This document shows positions 1 through 12,002 of a DNA stretch of 64,000 nt, piece after piece. The stretch is taken from positions 54,312,001-54,376,000 of the forward strand of contig CM060732.1 of NCBI GenBank assembly GCA_030704615.1, given 5' to 3'. The translations under genes and the position numbers were made by a program. Under the pieces are notes generated by a model. The model ran no database searches. It was not told the origin of the DNA and saw only the letters and a list, made by a program, of their open reading frames with translations. The stretch comes from Takakia lepidozioides (Eukaryota > Plantae > Bryophyta). Numbering within the stretch: position 1 is the stretch's first letter; every line of letters starts with the position of its first letter.

Positions 1-659
1 GAAGAGCTACTTGGATTTCTAGCTTGAAAAGGACCAGCTCCTCAGGGGAAAAATCTCTTCACCTCCAGCTGGTTGCCGGGAAATAGGCTCATCAACAAAA
101 GGCTCACCTAGCATCTTATTGAGATTTTCTACCCGGTGGTAGGAACATTGGTTGTCTTTCACCACTTGACAAAGATCCCTAGGTAGGTAGAGTAGAATCA
201 GTTCCAGCTCTCACATGCTCGAAATGGGCAAGGATAGAACTTTCCAGCCTGGGTGTAAGAAATAGCACATTTTATATCTGAATTTTAATGATATGGCATT
301 TTTTGTCCCTGTCAGCCCATGTTCTTACATTCCCATTTTGCAAGCAACTTGACTATTCCAGAAGAGTTGGTAGAATCCAAAAGCTAGAGTTGCAGGAACA
401 TACAAGTGTACACGACCAGCCAAAGACAATTTGATCTACGAATTCCAGTTGTAACCATTATCTTGTTTTGAGGATGCCCATAGATTATGGAAATGTATGT
501 GACAACTAAGATAGATGTGCAACTAAGCACAGTATATCAAAGTTTGGAGTCTCTCTTTTCCTTCTTTGGTAAGTCTTACACAAAGGCTCATTTACATAAT
601 GGATATCAGCTAGATTTCTGTCTGAGTAGATATCCAAGCATGCATCAGTGCATCGTTAA

Positions 660-3243
660 CTATGCTAAATCCTCGTACCGCTTGGCCACATCTTTCCAAT
701 TCACCACCTTCCAGATATTCTTCAGATAGTCAGGCCGCACGTTCTTGTACTGCAATCAATCGATCATCCCAACGCAACATTATTCGCCTATGCTGATGTT
801 GGGTAGGCAAACTTTTATCTCACTGGAGGGTTGGCATAGACTGTTGCTTTGGACCTTTAAAAGCACCTACTTGGACATTCTTATGCATGGTGGCATACAG
901 AAGGACAACTGGATCCTGGCAACATCGACCCTAATGTCCTTAGAGCCCTTTATTCAGCCTAGACTAGCTGACTGGCAGGAACCAAGAGCCGTAGCCAGCC
1001 GTCTGGACAGATAGTAAGGAAAATCAAGGGACTGTGTAGCTTCAGCTAAATATGAATAAAAGCTTCCAAACAGCTACAACATTGCAGTGGAAAGTAGACC
1101 CATTCACGGCCTGGTCAGATCTCCCTTTTCAATTAGTTGATCTTAAGTTCTATGCTGTGGTTGTGTATACTGGTGATTCTTACCTGCAAATAATAGGCAT
1201 GCTCCCACACATCGATTCCAAGCAATGGTACCAGACCTCTTGACACCAAGGGATCCTGGAGACATGGCCAACAAAGGCAACTTTGAGGAAAACACATATG
1301 TCCACAAATACTGTGAGAGCAGCCAACCATCAAAGCACTGGTAAGCGGCTGTTGCAAGCTATTATGGACCAGATCAAAAATTCAAGCTCAATCCTAATTA
1401 AAATCTGGCCTTTCAAGAGCAACCACTGAAGGGCATGCAACAAAAACAGTGAAGCAACTAAAAATTGTAGAAATTATGCACAGTGTGATGCCCTAGTTCC
1501 AGATACAATCTGCAAGTGCTAACGCGTAACTCAACAGGGTTATGAGACAGAAAGTGTGCCTGGTTTGCAGTCGTTTCTACTGAAAGCTTCTTGAAGTCCT
1601 TGTTAAAGCCCAGCCACTGGTGAACAAAAGAAATCAGCATCAGAAGAAAAACCTCCATCACTGGTACCGCTAGATCAGAACATAGAGAAAGCGGAAGTGT
1701 GCCAGCTAGCAAGAGGGGTTGCAGAAGTCCTTAATGACCATTTGGCAGTACCCACATGGAGTGGTAGCTCTGGTGCACTTATGTTCACAGCCCAAATCAC
1801 AACCACTCTTTCTCTCTCTCTTCCCCCTGGCCCCTTGCTCTGAGGCCAAGGCTAGGGTGTGGAGTTCATAGGTTGACATCAGATCTTAAAGAGTACGCAC
1901 CACCCAGCCGGACCCTTGCACTCCAGCACCGGCAGTACTCATTTTCGCGATCAGTCTATCCAAAGACCCAAACTGCATCTCAATGGCAGATGCTAGACTC
2001 CCCTCAGGAGGCTGGCCTCCGCCCTCCTGCACACAGTCACAACCTTGATGAATACAGTCAGAATCTAGAGAGTTAAGCAAATTGACCACCTGGCTAGTTG
2101 CACTTACTACATCCTTGGAATCTCAGACAGATTTGAGCTAAATTTCAACCCTTTGTCTATTATTAGGTCGTGCACTTCCTAACTTTGTTGCACTACACAA
2201 CAAGTCTCCAAAGAATGCTTACTTTGGGTGGTGCAAGATTCTTCCAGAAGATTGTATGGTTCACATGGCCTGCAGAGGAAGCCAAAAAACTGAGGTTAGG
2301 TTACAACATATAGTGCATTTGCTACCTAGAATTTGATTAAAGTGCTTCAAACGTAACAATTCAAGTTGTCATTGCAGACAAAGATAATGTGTGAGCTTGG
2401 AGAGGCAATGTTGGAGGCATGGCATAACAAGCCACGCCAACCTGTGCGAGTTCTAACTGTCCCAGATAATCACAGCACATTGATGTCACTTGAGAAGAGA
2501 CCCGCTGATCAATAAGACCCTCCTTGCAGTAGTGGAGGTATACGATCGTCGACTCCACTTCAATGTGTGCAAATAACAGTCACTTGACAGCGTTGCAATA
2601 ATTGAGGCCAGGAATCCTACCCCTTTCTCGACACCATTCAGACCTCGTGGTCTGCTTTATGCCTACCTTTATGCATGTAAATGGATTGACTGTCCAGCCA
2701 CCATAGTTCATATTCGATGCAGTTACATTAGTATACATGCACATTGGTCCAAGAAAACCTCAAATTGTCATCCATAGCGGAGGATTCCCTTAAAGAAGCT
2801 TACTCCAAAATTCAAAACTAACTCTTCACACGCAACCTGAAGATGCAATCACTCGGAAGAACGATGCAAGAAATAGAAACCTTCATATCTATGCAGATAT
2901 ATATGATCCATAAAGTCACAAAAAAAAAACTGCAAACAGTACCTCCACCATTGAAGTTGAGGGCGGCCTGAAGACCAACAATGGTCTGAGGATCTTTCGT
3001 GGACGAAAGCTGCTCCAAAGCCTTGGTGAAGCCGGTAATGTAGGCCTGGTGGTGCTTCTGGTGATGAAGCTTCATGATCTCTGCACTGATCACCGGCTCC
3101 AGATCGCCATAGTCGTATGGGAGATCCGGCAGGGTGTAAATGTGACTCTCTTGCTGCATTGCTGTGGCCATTGCTCGCTTTTGCATGAAGGCCCGCATCA
3201 CTGGCCCTATACGCTGCCCCGCCCTCAGCAATGCAGCGGCCAT
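660..3243 (-). CDS. MSD1: Mitochondrial manganese superoxide dismutase, 6 exons (~3243-2943, 2269-2223, ~2026-1900, ~1617-1560, ~1255-1184, 749-660)
   Basis: Spliced translation gives transit peptide MAAALLRAG..., then [97 protein letters not shown]; stop TAG at 662-660. Confidence 0.96.
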
Positions 3244-4179
3244 ACCTTCTCCCTGTATCTTGCTAAAAGATACAATGAATGCAAAGAAGAAGAGATGGGA
3301 TTGAGCTTGGCCTTCCTCTTCAATCCACGGGTCTGCTTCCACACTTCCCAGACACTTGGGGTTTCAAGAGAAGAACCAGTGCCCAGTTGAGGGGACTTGA
3401 ATGAGGTACCCAAATGTGGGGCCGCCGATGTGAGGATCTCAAAACTAGAGAGTCCGGATTTTGCTGGTACACGAGGCAAGAGGAAGTCTCTTTCCACTTC
3501 CACTTCACACCACACATTTGGAATTCGATGACTGGACCCAGTTTTGTTCGCTGTCTTCTATGGTTAAGACATGGCTGTATCCATGGTTTTCTGTGGAAGA
3601 TGTACAGGAGATGGTGGTGGGTCGATGCAAGTCTGCTGAACTTTGCGTGAGCGAGCAGCCCAGTTGGAATTGAGCGCACCTCTGAATGGTTGCTCGCTGA
3701 AAAATTACTGTTTTATGAGATCTTCTCATCGCAGTGTGTGCGTACCTATCAGAATTTGTCCGTCCTCCTCTCTTCACTTGTGGGTGTGGAAGTGTTTCTT
3801 TTCTTTTCTGGTTGTCGTATCGGACATGATCTTGTGACCATGCCCCTTCCCTCTTGGCTGAAGAGGATTGCCTCCTTGTAAGTGGTGTAGGGTTTGGGGA
3901 TGATTTTTTGTCGGGGTTAAGGTCGGCCTGCTAAGTAGTGTGTACTGGTGATATCGGGACTCTTGCATGCTTCTCTCTCATTCTCTTAGCTAAACAGAAA
4001 TGGGTTCTGGCGCTTTCTGCTCTCAAATCAGTCTTGCTACTCCCTGCCCACCTCCATGCTTCGCTTGTGAGGCTGCCTCCTTGCATGGTTTGCATAGGGT
4101 TGTGTGATGATCTTTCTTGGGGTTAGTTGATTCCTTTGTCGGTGAGAGAACCGCATCTTGCGAGGAGCTGCCAATTAGA

Positions 4180-5415
4180 ATGTCTGTCTCTGTATCCACC
4201 CAATTGGACAAGAAGAAGAACCCGAGTGCACAGTGGGGAGCACTGCCGGATGACTTGCAAGACCTCATCCTGACAAGGGTACCTCTACCCTATCAAGTCC
4301 GACTGCGTCGAGTATGCAGAAAGTGGAACTCCAACCTGTCTTCATCTGAATTTTTGGCATCATGTCCTCCTCAGATTCCATGGCTGCCGCTCTTTAATGA
4401 GCAATTTCCTGGAAGGGTAAACATGCTTTGTGCATTCAGCCCGTTAAGTGATTCCTGGCTTCATATTTCCCTCAGCTTTCTTCCCAGGCCTGACTACAAG
4501 GTTGCTACAACCGGTGGTGGTCTCATATTATTTGTGCCTGTTTTTGAGGTAACCTTTGCCAACAAGGGGGACTGGCTTGTGTGTAACCCCCTAAACAAGT
4601 CATTCAAGAAATTACCAGGTTTTCCAGATCAGGTGGAGGAGAAGGTTAAGAATGTTACATCTGCAGCTATCATGGTAGACAAGTCCACTAAAGCCTACAA
4701 TGTTTTGGTGATGGGAACGAATTACACAAGAACAGCCTGGCTTGATTCTTGGAACCTTGTTGTCTACAGTTCTAAGAGTGAAGGGTGGGAATTGAGGACC
4801 ACGGTAAACTGTCAATTTCCACTACTGTGTGGTATTTTGTTTTGCAAGGGCAGTCTTTACCTTGGTACCAGTAGGATGACTGGGACCTTGGCATATAACA
4901 TAGATAATGATGCCCCGAATCAATGCCTAGTGGAATCTATCAACATAGATCCATCACCTTCCAGGCGACTCACTTCGACATCCATAAAATCAAGAAAGAG
5001 CACAAGGTTTCAAGGGTCCACACTTTTGGAGTTCCGTGGTCAAATACTGTTGGCGGGCATTCAGTACATAAAGGAGTCACCTTATCCAGATTTTCGGTGG
5101 GAACCGAACGAGGCTGGCATATGGCAGCTACGGGAAGACAAGAAGAGAGGGGAGTTGGTGGCACAGATGCCTGCAAGGTTTTGGAGGATGGTGTTGAAGA
5201 GTTTGGGAAGCTCTCTTAACAAGGACAAAGTGAGGTTTATTGGCTCTGGTGATTTATTTGTCTGCGTTGCTCATGGCATGCCTGACATGATTGCATACAA
5301 CCTCAGCAAGAAGTCCTGGCGATTGCTGCCAAATTGTGTTCTTCCATCAGGCTTGCCTTCTTTGAATGGATGGTATGGATGTTGCTTTCAGCCACAGTTG
5401 GAGATTTTTGCATAG
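4180..5415 (+). CDS. Intronless F-box protein with FBA/kelch-like beta-propeller C-terminus
   Basis: F-box motif WGALPDDLQDLILTRVP...LRRVCRKWN; LVCNPLNKSFKKLP; IAYNLSKKSWRLLP; ends CFQPQL. First ATG at 4180 (ORF track starts at TTG 4117). Confidence 0.92.
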   Translation: MSVSVSTQLDKKKNPSAQWGALPDDLQDLILTRVPLPYQVRLRRVCRKWNSNLSSSEFLASCPPQIPWLPLFNEQFPGRVNMLCAFSPLSDSWLHISLSFLPRPDYKVATTGGGLILFVPVFEVTFANKGDWLVCNPLNKSFKKLPGFPDQVEEKVKNVTSAAIMVDKSTKAYNVLVMGTNYTRTAWLDSWNLVVYSSKSEGWELRTTVNCQFPLLCGILFCKGSLYLGTSRMTGTLAYNIDNDAPNQCLVESINIDPSPSRRLTSTSIKSRKSTRFQGSTLLEFRGQILLAGIQYIKESPYPDFRWEPNEAGIWQLREDKKRGELVAQMPARFWRMVLKSLGSSLNKDKVRFIGSGDLFVCVAHGMPDMIAYNLSKKSWRLLPNCVLPSGLPSLNGWYGCCFQPQLEIFA

Positions 5416-7095
5416 TGGTTGCTGCAATTGTTTGTGGTCTCGTCAGCTGCACATGCAATATTTAGAATCCTTTCTTGGGAGGCCTCAGAGTTCTGTGATG
5501 AAGCCGTTTTTGTATTACCTGGAAGCACCTCTAATTTTTTTGCAGACTGCATTAGCTAGATCTTTTTCTTTGGCTTGACGCAATAGTCTCGTCAGAATAG
5601 TGGTAGCTGTCAGTAAGATGTTCGGCCTCTGGACCATGCTATCCTCAGCTGGAGTTCTCCATATTAATCTATAATTGGCTGAAACTCTTCTGTAGAATTC
5701 TACTGGACCCCACTGAAAAATATGAAGCCTGAACAGGGAATGGGGATGCCCTCACTCCTGAGGCATACGGTACATAGGTGTCAGGATATTTGCAAATCCA
5801 CAGCATGTTGTAATTCTACTTGTAAATGCAGTATGTTGGCTGGGATGACCACCCAATACATTTGGCTGCTTTTCTATCAGCCTTCAGTGCTTGTGAACCT
5901 GCAACAATCTAGTGGGATGCACTGAATGCTTGAGAGAGGCTGAGTGATGGTGACAGATCCTGCACCACTTTGATTACCAATGGTTTTTTGGGGCTTTTTT
6001 GGTGGAGTTTGTCCCATCTGTCATCCAGTTCTGCAGGGTTTTCATCTCACTCACTTGTCCACTAATACAAATAGCCAGGAAAGAGTGGTGGTGCTCTTGT
6101 AGTATGGACTTTTTCCTATAGCTTATAATGTCTCTGTATCTGTAGGCCACATCTCCCTTCCAGACACTGAACATCTGTGGAGATACTACATGTGATCTGT
6201 AATCTTGAGAATCTAGCTGAAGTGAGATCGAAGATGATAGCCACATCTATTCCTCCACATGCTTTACATATAATTTAACCTCCTTACTAGAAATCTTGGT
6301 TATAGATCTTTTGGTAGGGTGTGCCAGAAAATTCATGGAAATGCTCCATGTTGCGGCTTGTGAAGGTAGCGATCATGGTCTGTCTGTGCATGTGATTGTA
6401 ATGGTGACACCACTGGACACAGGGAACTCCACAACATCTTTGTCCATGGAAGTGCTAGATGCCCCATGGGAAACAGTAGCGTACAACAGCAGAATCTTTC
6501 TGACTCATGCTTCAGTGGAAGGACTCTCTGCCCCAGGATTGGGAGGTCACCAGCTGAGGGTGAAGATGGTGATATCAGCTGGCATCACTGCTGTGCTAGT
6601 GACATCAATTTTGATCCTGTGCTAGTGCCTGATGCCTTGGGCTCAGTTTATTTATCCTTCCAATTTTGGCCACCTTCTTTTCTGTCTTTCATCAGTGCCC
6701 TTGTGCCTTTCTGTCCCCTTGGGTTGGTGTCTTTGGCTGCCAGTGTTCTTTTGCTCTGCCCCTTTGGCTTTCTTTCGTTGGTTTATGGTCCTGGGGTGGT
6801 CCTCCCCCTGTGAGCCTCACGGCCCAAGTGGTTATGGCAGACTCCTCACGACATGATCTGCCTCAGTTCTTGCTTCCTGTATAGAGGTCCTTCTATAGTT
6901 TACAATATACATAGAGAGACAGGGAGCTGTGGGGCACACTAGGTCAGTCACCATAATCTGTATCAAAATCCAAGAAGGCATTTTTTCAGACTGAACCTTA
7001 ATCTCAAGGTTGGTAGTATCGGAGAGACAAGGTGGGGATTTGCATGATCTCTCTCCCTCTCTCCAAGACATACATACACAGACAGGTACGCACAC

Positions 7096-7832
7096 TTACT
7101 CCAAAGAATTTCTTACAATAAGTCGTCTTAACCACAACTCATACATCACCATATAGAATGCATCGAACTCCCGTGGTGGCGTATGCCACTGAAAATGTTT
7201 TCTAACTTGCATCACATGTCTTTGCAAATTTGCATATTGTGTTAAAGTAACTTGCTCTAAAGTGTGCTTAAGCAGAGGAATATCAAGGGTGGCTACCACA
7301 AGAGAAAATTTCTTCCAATCCAACACATCGTTAAAAGGAAGGTCATAATAATTGGCAATAATCACAGGAACGCATCCATAGTACATGGCATCCCCGATGC
7401 GAGCGGTGTTGACCTCAAACCCCTTAACATGGAGACAAAACTTGCTTGTCAGAAGAGCTTCAGAATAAGGAGTAGTGATCCGCCCTGAGTGTACCAGGAT
7501 CTGTGAATCATTTCCCCAAACCTGTGCAAGTTTTGCACGCACATCTGAATTGATGGCACCTGCAAAAAAGGCTAAATTCTTCCTGCAAACCACTCCCAGC
7601 AAAATTACCTTGGTGTGATCCATATCTGGAAACTCAAGAATCTGCCCATGTACTGTGATAGTCTTGAGTGGCAGTGCAACCACTCACAGCCACATGGGTC
7701 AAATCTGTTTCCAGCTAAAGGCGTACAGCTGTAGTGCTGCAATCAACCTTATACTTTCTATAATGCAATTTCAGGGGACTACTATCCCAGAGGCCTCTAA
7801 TAAACATTGGAAAACAAGCTAATATTCTGCAG

Positions 7833-7871
<39 letters not shown>

Positions 7872-10800
7872 GGCAGATTGATGCTTGTGTGAAGGGATTT
7901 CTAGAGGATATCTGGAAAACCCGGATTAATTCTTTATATGGAGGTAAGTCTTACTACCAACGTCAGCCCCTGACAGAGGTAGGTTCTGTCCCTTTTGTTC
8001 CCGCTCAAACTGGGCGCGGGGTCAATGGCCACAAGGCTACAGCAAACAACGTCTTATGAGTACAATCTCTCTCTGGGGCTCACTAAATTTTTCCACTGCA
8101 GAGGGGTCAACTCTGAGGTTAAGAAAACCATGCTTTGTCGCGTTATTAGACCTGCCTTGGAGTACGGATCTGCTATATGGGTTGATAACTCCAACCAGGC
8201 TAAGTCTCTAGAATCCATTCAAGTGGGGGTGCTTAAGGAGTGTATGTCCAAAACAGCCAATGTGGCTGTTCGGGGTGAGTTTGGCATTCCGTCCTTAAGC
8301 TCCCGACGAGATGAATTCAAGGTCAGATGGTGGGGTCAGCTGCAACATATGCCCAACACCAGATATCCTAAGTTAATCACTCTATATCTTGGAAACAGGA
8401 CCGCCCTGTCAAACAGGCTAAGTCCTGGCAGAAGAGAGTAGAAGAGATTCTCAAGGACCTGGACCTGGATCCGCAAGTCTTGACCCTGCTGGATAAATCT
8501 GACTTAGAGGCTGTAGTGTCCTCAGCCATGTCTGTTGCCATGAGATTGTCTGATGAAAATGAAGTTAGGCAGAAAACTTCCCTGAACTTGTTTCCAGTCA
8601 GTGACATGGGGGAGGACATCTTGGATGACCTCAAGGGTCTACCCACTCTCGGCACTAGACTGAAATTTAAACTCAGGGCAGGAAGCCTACCTTTGAACAG
8701 CAAACAGAAGCAGAGAGGAAAGGGAGAGTGCAATTGCCCGCTGTGTGGGCAATCTGAAGACAGTACTCACTTTCTGATACACTGTCCGGGGTTCTCTCAC
8801 CAAAGAGACGCTCTCTTCAATTCTATCAAGGGAATTGTGCCTGTACCCCTGTTTAACAACTTTGAAAGTCTCGAGGCTGAGCCAAAAGCCCAGGCCCTCC
8901 TGAGGCCTAGTTTTTGGGCAAATCACACACAGCAGATTGATGCTTGTGTGAAGGGATTTCTAGAGGATATCTGGAAAACCCGGATTAATTCTATATATGA
9001 TGGTAAGTCACACTACCAACGTCAGCCCCTGACAGAGGTAGGTTCTGTCCCTTTTGTTCCCGCTCAAACTGGGCGCGGGGTCAATGGCCACAAGGCTACG
9101 GCAAACAACGTCTTATGAGTACAATCTCTCTCTCTCTCTCTCCTTTCTACTCTCAGGCCGGGCCAAGGCTACAGCAGCTACAGTCTAATGAGTCCGTCTA
9201 TCTCACCTTACAGCTCACAAGCAGGGCGGGCCTACCTTTGGGTTGTTGATCCAGCTTCTCGAGGAGTCCCAGACCGAGGCCAGATCTGAGGTACAGCTGC
9301 ATCCTTGTGCGGAATGTAGGACTGCTGATAGTAGCTGGCAGGGCACAGCAGCTGGATGGCATTGAGCCGTACCTCTGGCACTCTGTCCATGGCAGAGCGT
9401 GCAATGGAATGGCATGAAAGATAGAAATGGTCAGCACCTTTGGTCCGGTTCCAGTACCTCCACTGCCCACTTACATTACCCACATAGTTCTCGAGAAAGG
9501 CTTGCAATCCCGACACTCCAACACGAGAATCATGGCGCAACCTTGCAATGGAAACTGGGAGAAAGAATAAGTCTGCATGTGCCGCATCCTTGGTCACGAA
9601 TGTGCTGCTCATGAGTGCCTGTTTGAAGAAACTCTCACTTGCATAGTTCCCAGTAGGCCGCACCGTTACCGGGAGGAAGATGTTGTTGAATGGGTCAGTG
9701 GTGGGTCGAGGGTATACAAAAATCTTGAAATTGTGCAACATTTCCTCATAATCTGTGTGAAATATGTGCCCAGAGTGGTAGGGTCCACTATCTGCGGTAC
9801 TGTGTGTATCTGAAAAAGAGACCTGAGGTGAGTTAACAAAATGTAAGTCTCTCTACGGGAGTAAAGGTTTTGCAATGGTAGGTCCCCCTTCTTCTCCCTC
9901 CTGCAGCATTTCTGCCTTGGTATCCATCACTTCTACTCAACCCAAGGTAAGTCCAGAATTTGTGGCAACAAAGCTGTGGCTAGCAAGAAAAATCTCTGAA
10001 CCTAGACAGGAGACTTCCATTTACACTGGTCAATCTATTTGTTCAATTGGTGAAGGCCATTAACCAGGGCGTAATCTCTACTTACCTCCACAAATTGATG
10101 GTCACACTGGCTGAATTTCTCTCATTCACAGGATGGTGATCAAGTCTTAATAAACTGCACAAGATTTTAGTTGTTGACCAGAGGATTCCTAGGGTTTCTG
10201 CTCAATTACATATTGCACACTAATGAACTCCTGCAATACTTGAGACTGGTCTATACACTTATGATGGATTTGGATGATGGGATTCGCTATCGTATCTTGT
10301 TTGAGTCCTCCTGGCCACTTCGAGTTCCATGAGCACAGAACCAGAAGTGCCCCAAGGTATGGGCTTCTCTGAGAGGAGGGAGGCATTTTGCAATCAGATC
10401 GCTACCCAGACCCGGCCCCAATGTCTGGAAAGTGCACGAAAGAGATGTAACAGCTTAAGGATAGCGTCCACCATTTGCTATTCAGCTGGGACATTTGACG
10501 CAAGAGCCAAAATTTGCATCGCAAAACTCTCAAACTTCTTTCCATCTCTGTCGAAATTAGCAAGTTCCGAACCTGTCCTGGTGTAATTCTCATAAATCCC
10601 GTCCAAGAATGATACCACCGCTAGTGCGCTCATCGATTTTGCCTCTGATTTTGCATGGCTGTCTACCACCCGTCCCACCAAGCCCAGATGATCCATACCC
10701 GATGGACCGTCATGCCGGTCATGTGCGTGAGAGGTGTAGTCTGTTTTCGCATCCCCGGACAACATATGGCCGTAATACCACATCACTCGAGTTGCCAGGA

Positions 10801-10924
10801 TAAGAATGCACACCACGGCCACCAATCCTACGACGCTACAGGCAGGCTGGGTCCGCTGCCGAGGAACCCGTCTAGAAAAACGCCCACCTTCAGAATAAAG
10901 CCTGCTTACTATTGACCCCGCCAT
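7096..10924 (-). CDS. GT47 (exostosin-family) glycosyltransferase, type II membrane protein; exons ~10924-10699, ~9809-9236, 7582-7096
   Basis: N-terminal TM helix; GPYHSGHIFHTDYEEMLHNFKIFVYP; GNYASESFF; YWNRTKGADHFYLSCH; SKFCLHVKGFEVNTARIGDAMYYGCVPVIIANYYDLPFNDVLDW; FYMVMYELWLRR. Splice phases are compatible. Confidence 0.93.
7836..7869. repeat. (CT)n microsatellite, target site of the LINE insertions
   Basis: Pure CT run directly 5' of the LINE copies. Confidence 0.95.
7873..8074 (+). mobile_element. Short 5'-truncated LINE copy (~200 bp, 3' end only)
   Basis: Nearly identical to 8932-9133; ends ...GTCTTATGAGTACAA(TC)n. Confidence 0.9.
8075..9142 (+). mobile_element. 5'-truncated non-LTR retrotransposon (post-RT region plus CCHC zinc finger; RTE/L2/CR1-like group), antisense in GT47 intron
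   Basis: IRPALEYGSAIW...VAVRGEFGIPSLSSRRDEFKVRWWGQLQHM..RYPKLI; LKFKLRAGSLPL...CPLCGQSEDSTHFLIHCP; (TC)n tail; one frameshift near 8390-8440. Confidence 0.88.
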
Positions 10925-12002
10925 TGCCCACCACACGATCTCGAAGCTTTTCTAACGACTCTGCTGCAGCAACCTCACCATCATGCCCTGCCCGATCGCA
11001 GGCAGCAGATACAAGTCAACCCTGCACCGCCTCTTCTCCATCATATTGCTAACTGCATAGATCCAGAGAAGATATGCCCTCCTGCTCCCACTCCACGATT
11101 GTTGAAGGGCCTTCAAGAATGCCCCTTTTGTAAGCGCTATTCACCCAATTAACTCACAATCAACTGCCATCAATGCTGGCACAAAGCACGACTAGTTGGT
11201 GGGATCAAACTTATGACGAATCTTCGATTCTTCCTGCTGCATGATCTGGATCTGACCACGCAGAATGCTGCCACAAGGACGTGAGACGTAATGAAAGTCT
11301 GGAGGAATCGTTTGAAAAGTAACTCAAAGCATGCTTCTTCTGACAGATGGATGCCGTTCCTCGGTTGCGCTGCGGCGCGCGAGTGTGAATAACATTGTGT
11401 GGAAATGGTGATGGTGAGAGCAGATGGATTGTGACCTTCTCGCCCTTTTCTGCCATACAAGATCTTGCAAAAACACACTTGACAACTCTAAGATTTTGAC
11501 CTCTGTAACACTCTCACCTCTTGTACACTCTTAGCTCATGTGCCATAGACTGAGGAGTAAACAAGGGAACGATTAACAGCTTGCTGCTAGTGATAATGAA
11601 ATTGAAGTCTCCAGTCTCCACCACATAGACTTTACTTCCCATTTCAGAGATAGTAAGATAGGAAGAGGAATTTTGTCTTCACTTGCATTGACTATATATA
11701 CTACATGCATACATAGCCCAACCCGAAAGGAGGCACTAGCACTAGCAGCAAGGTGAAGTGACTCTTCGCTACGCCGGCTTCGACCAGAGTCCTCTCTCTC
11801 TCGACTATTTGCATAACTGTCGGCAATGGGACAACAAATCTGAGAGAGTATGATCCATGATAATCCTCATCATTTTTCTGCATGATGTTCATATGCGTCC
11901 CCAGAGTCCCTCAATGTGTGATGAGATTCAAGAACATTCACATTCACAACCACTGATAAACACAACACAACTAAAGTAGAACACACCCAGTGTCACTTGG
12001 GC

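Noticed and set aside
5974-7095. ORFs 5974-6246, 6296-6625, 6466-6813 and neighbours
   Set aside because: No recognisable motifs and biased composition; possibly a decayed TE, but not supportable
10478-10936. Standalone 152-aa membrane protein
   Set aside because: Better explained as GT47 exon 1 reading through a phase-compatible donor at 10698
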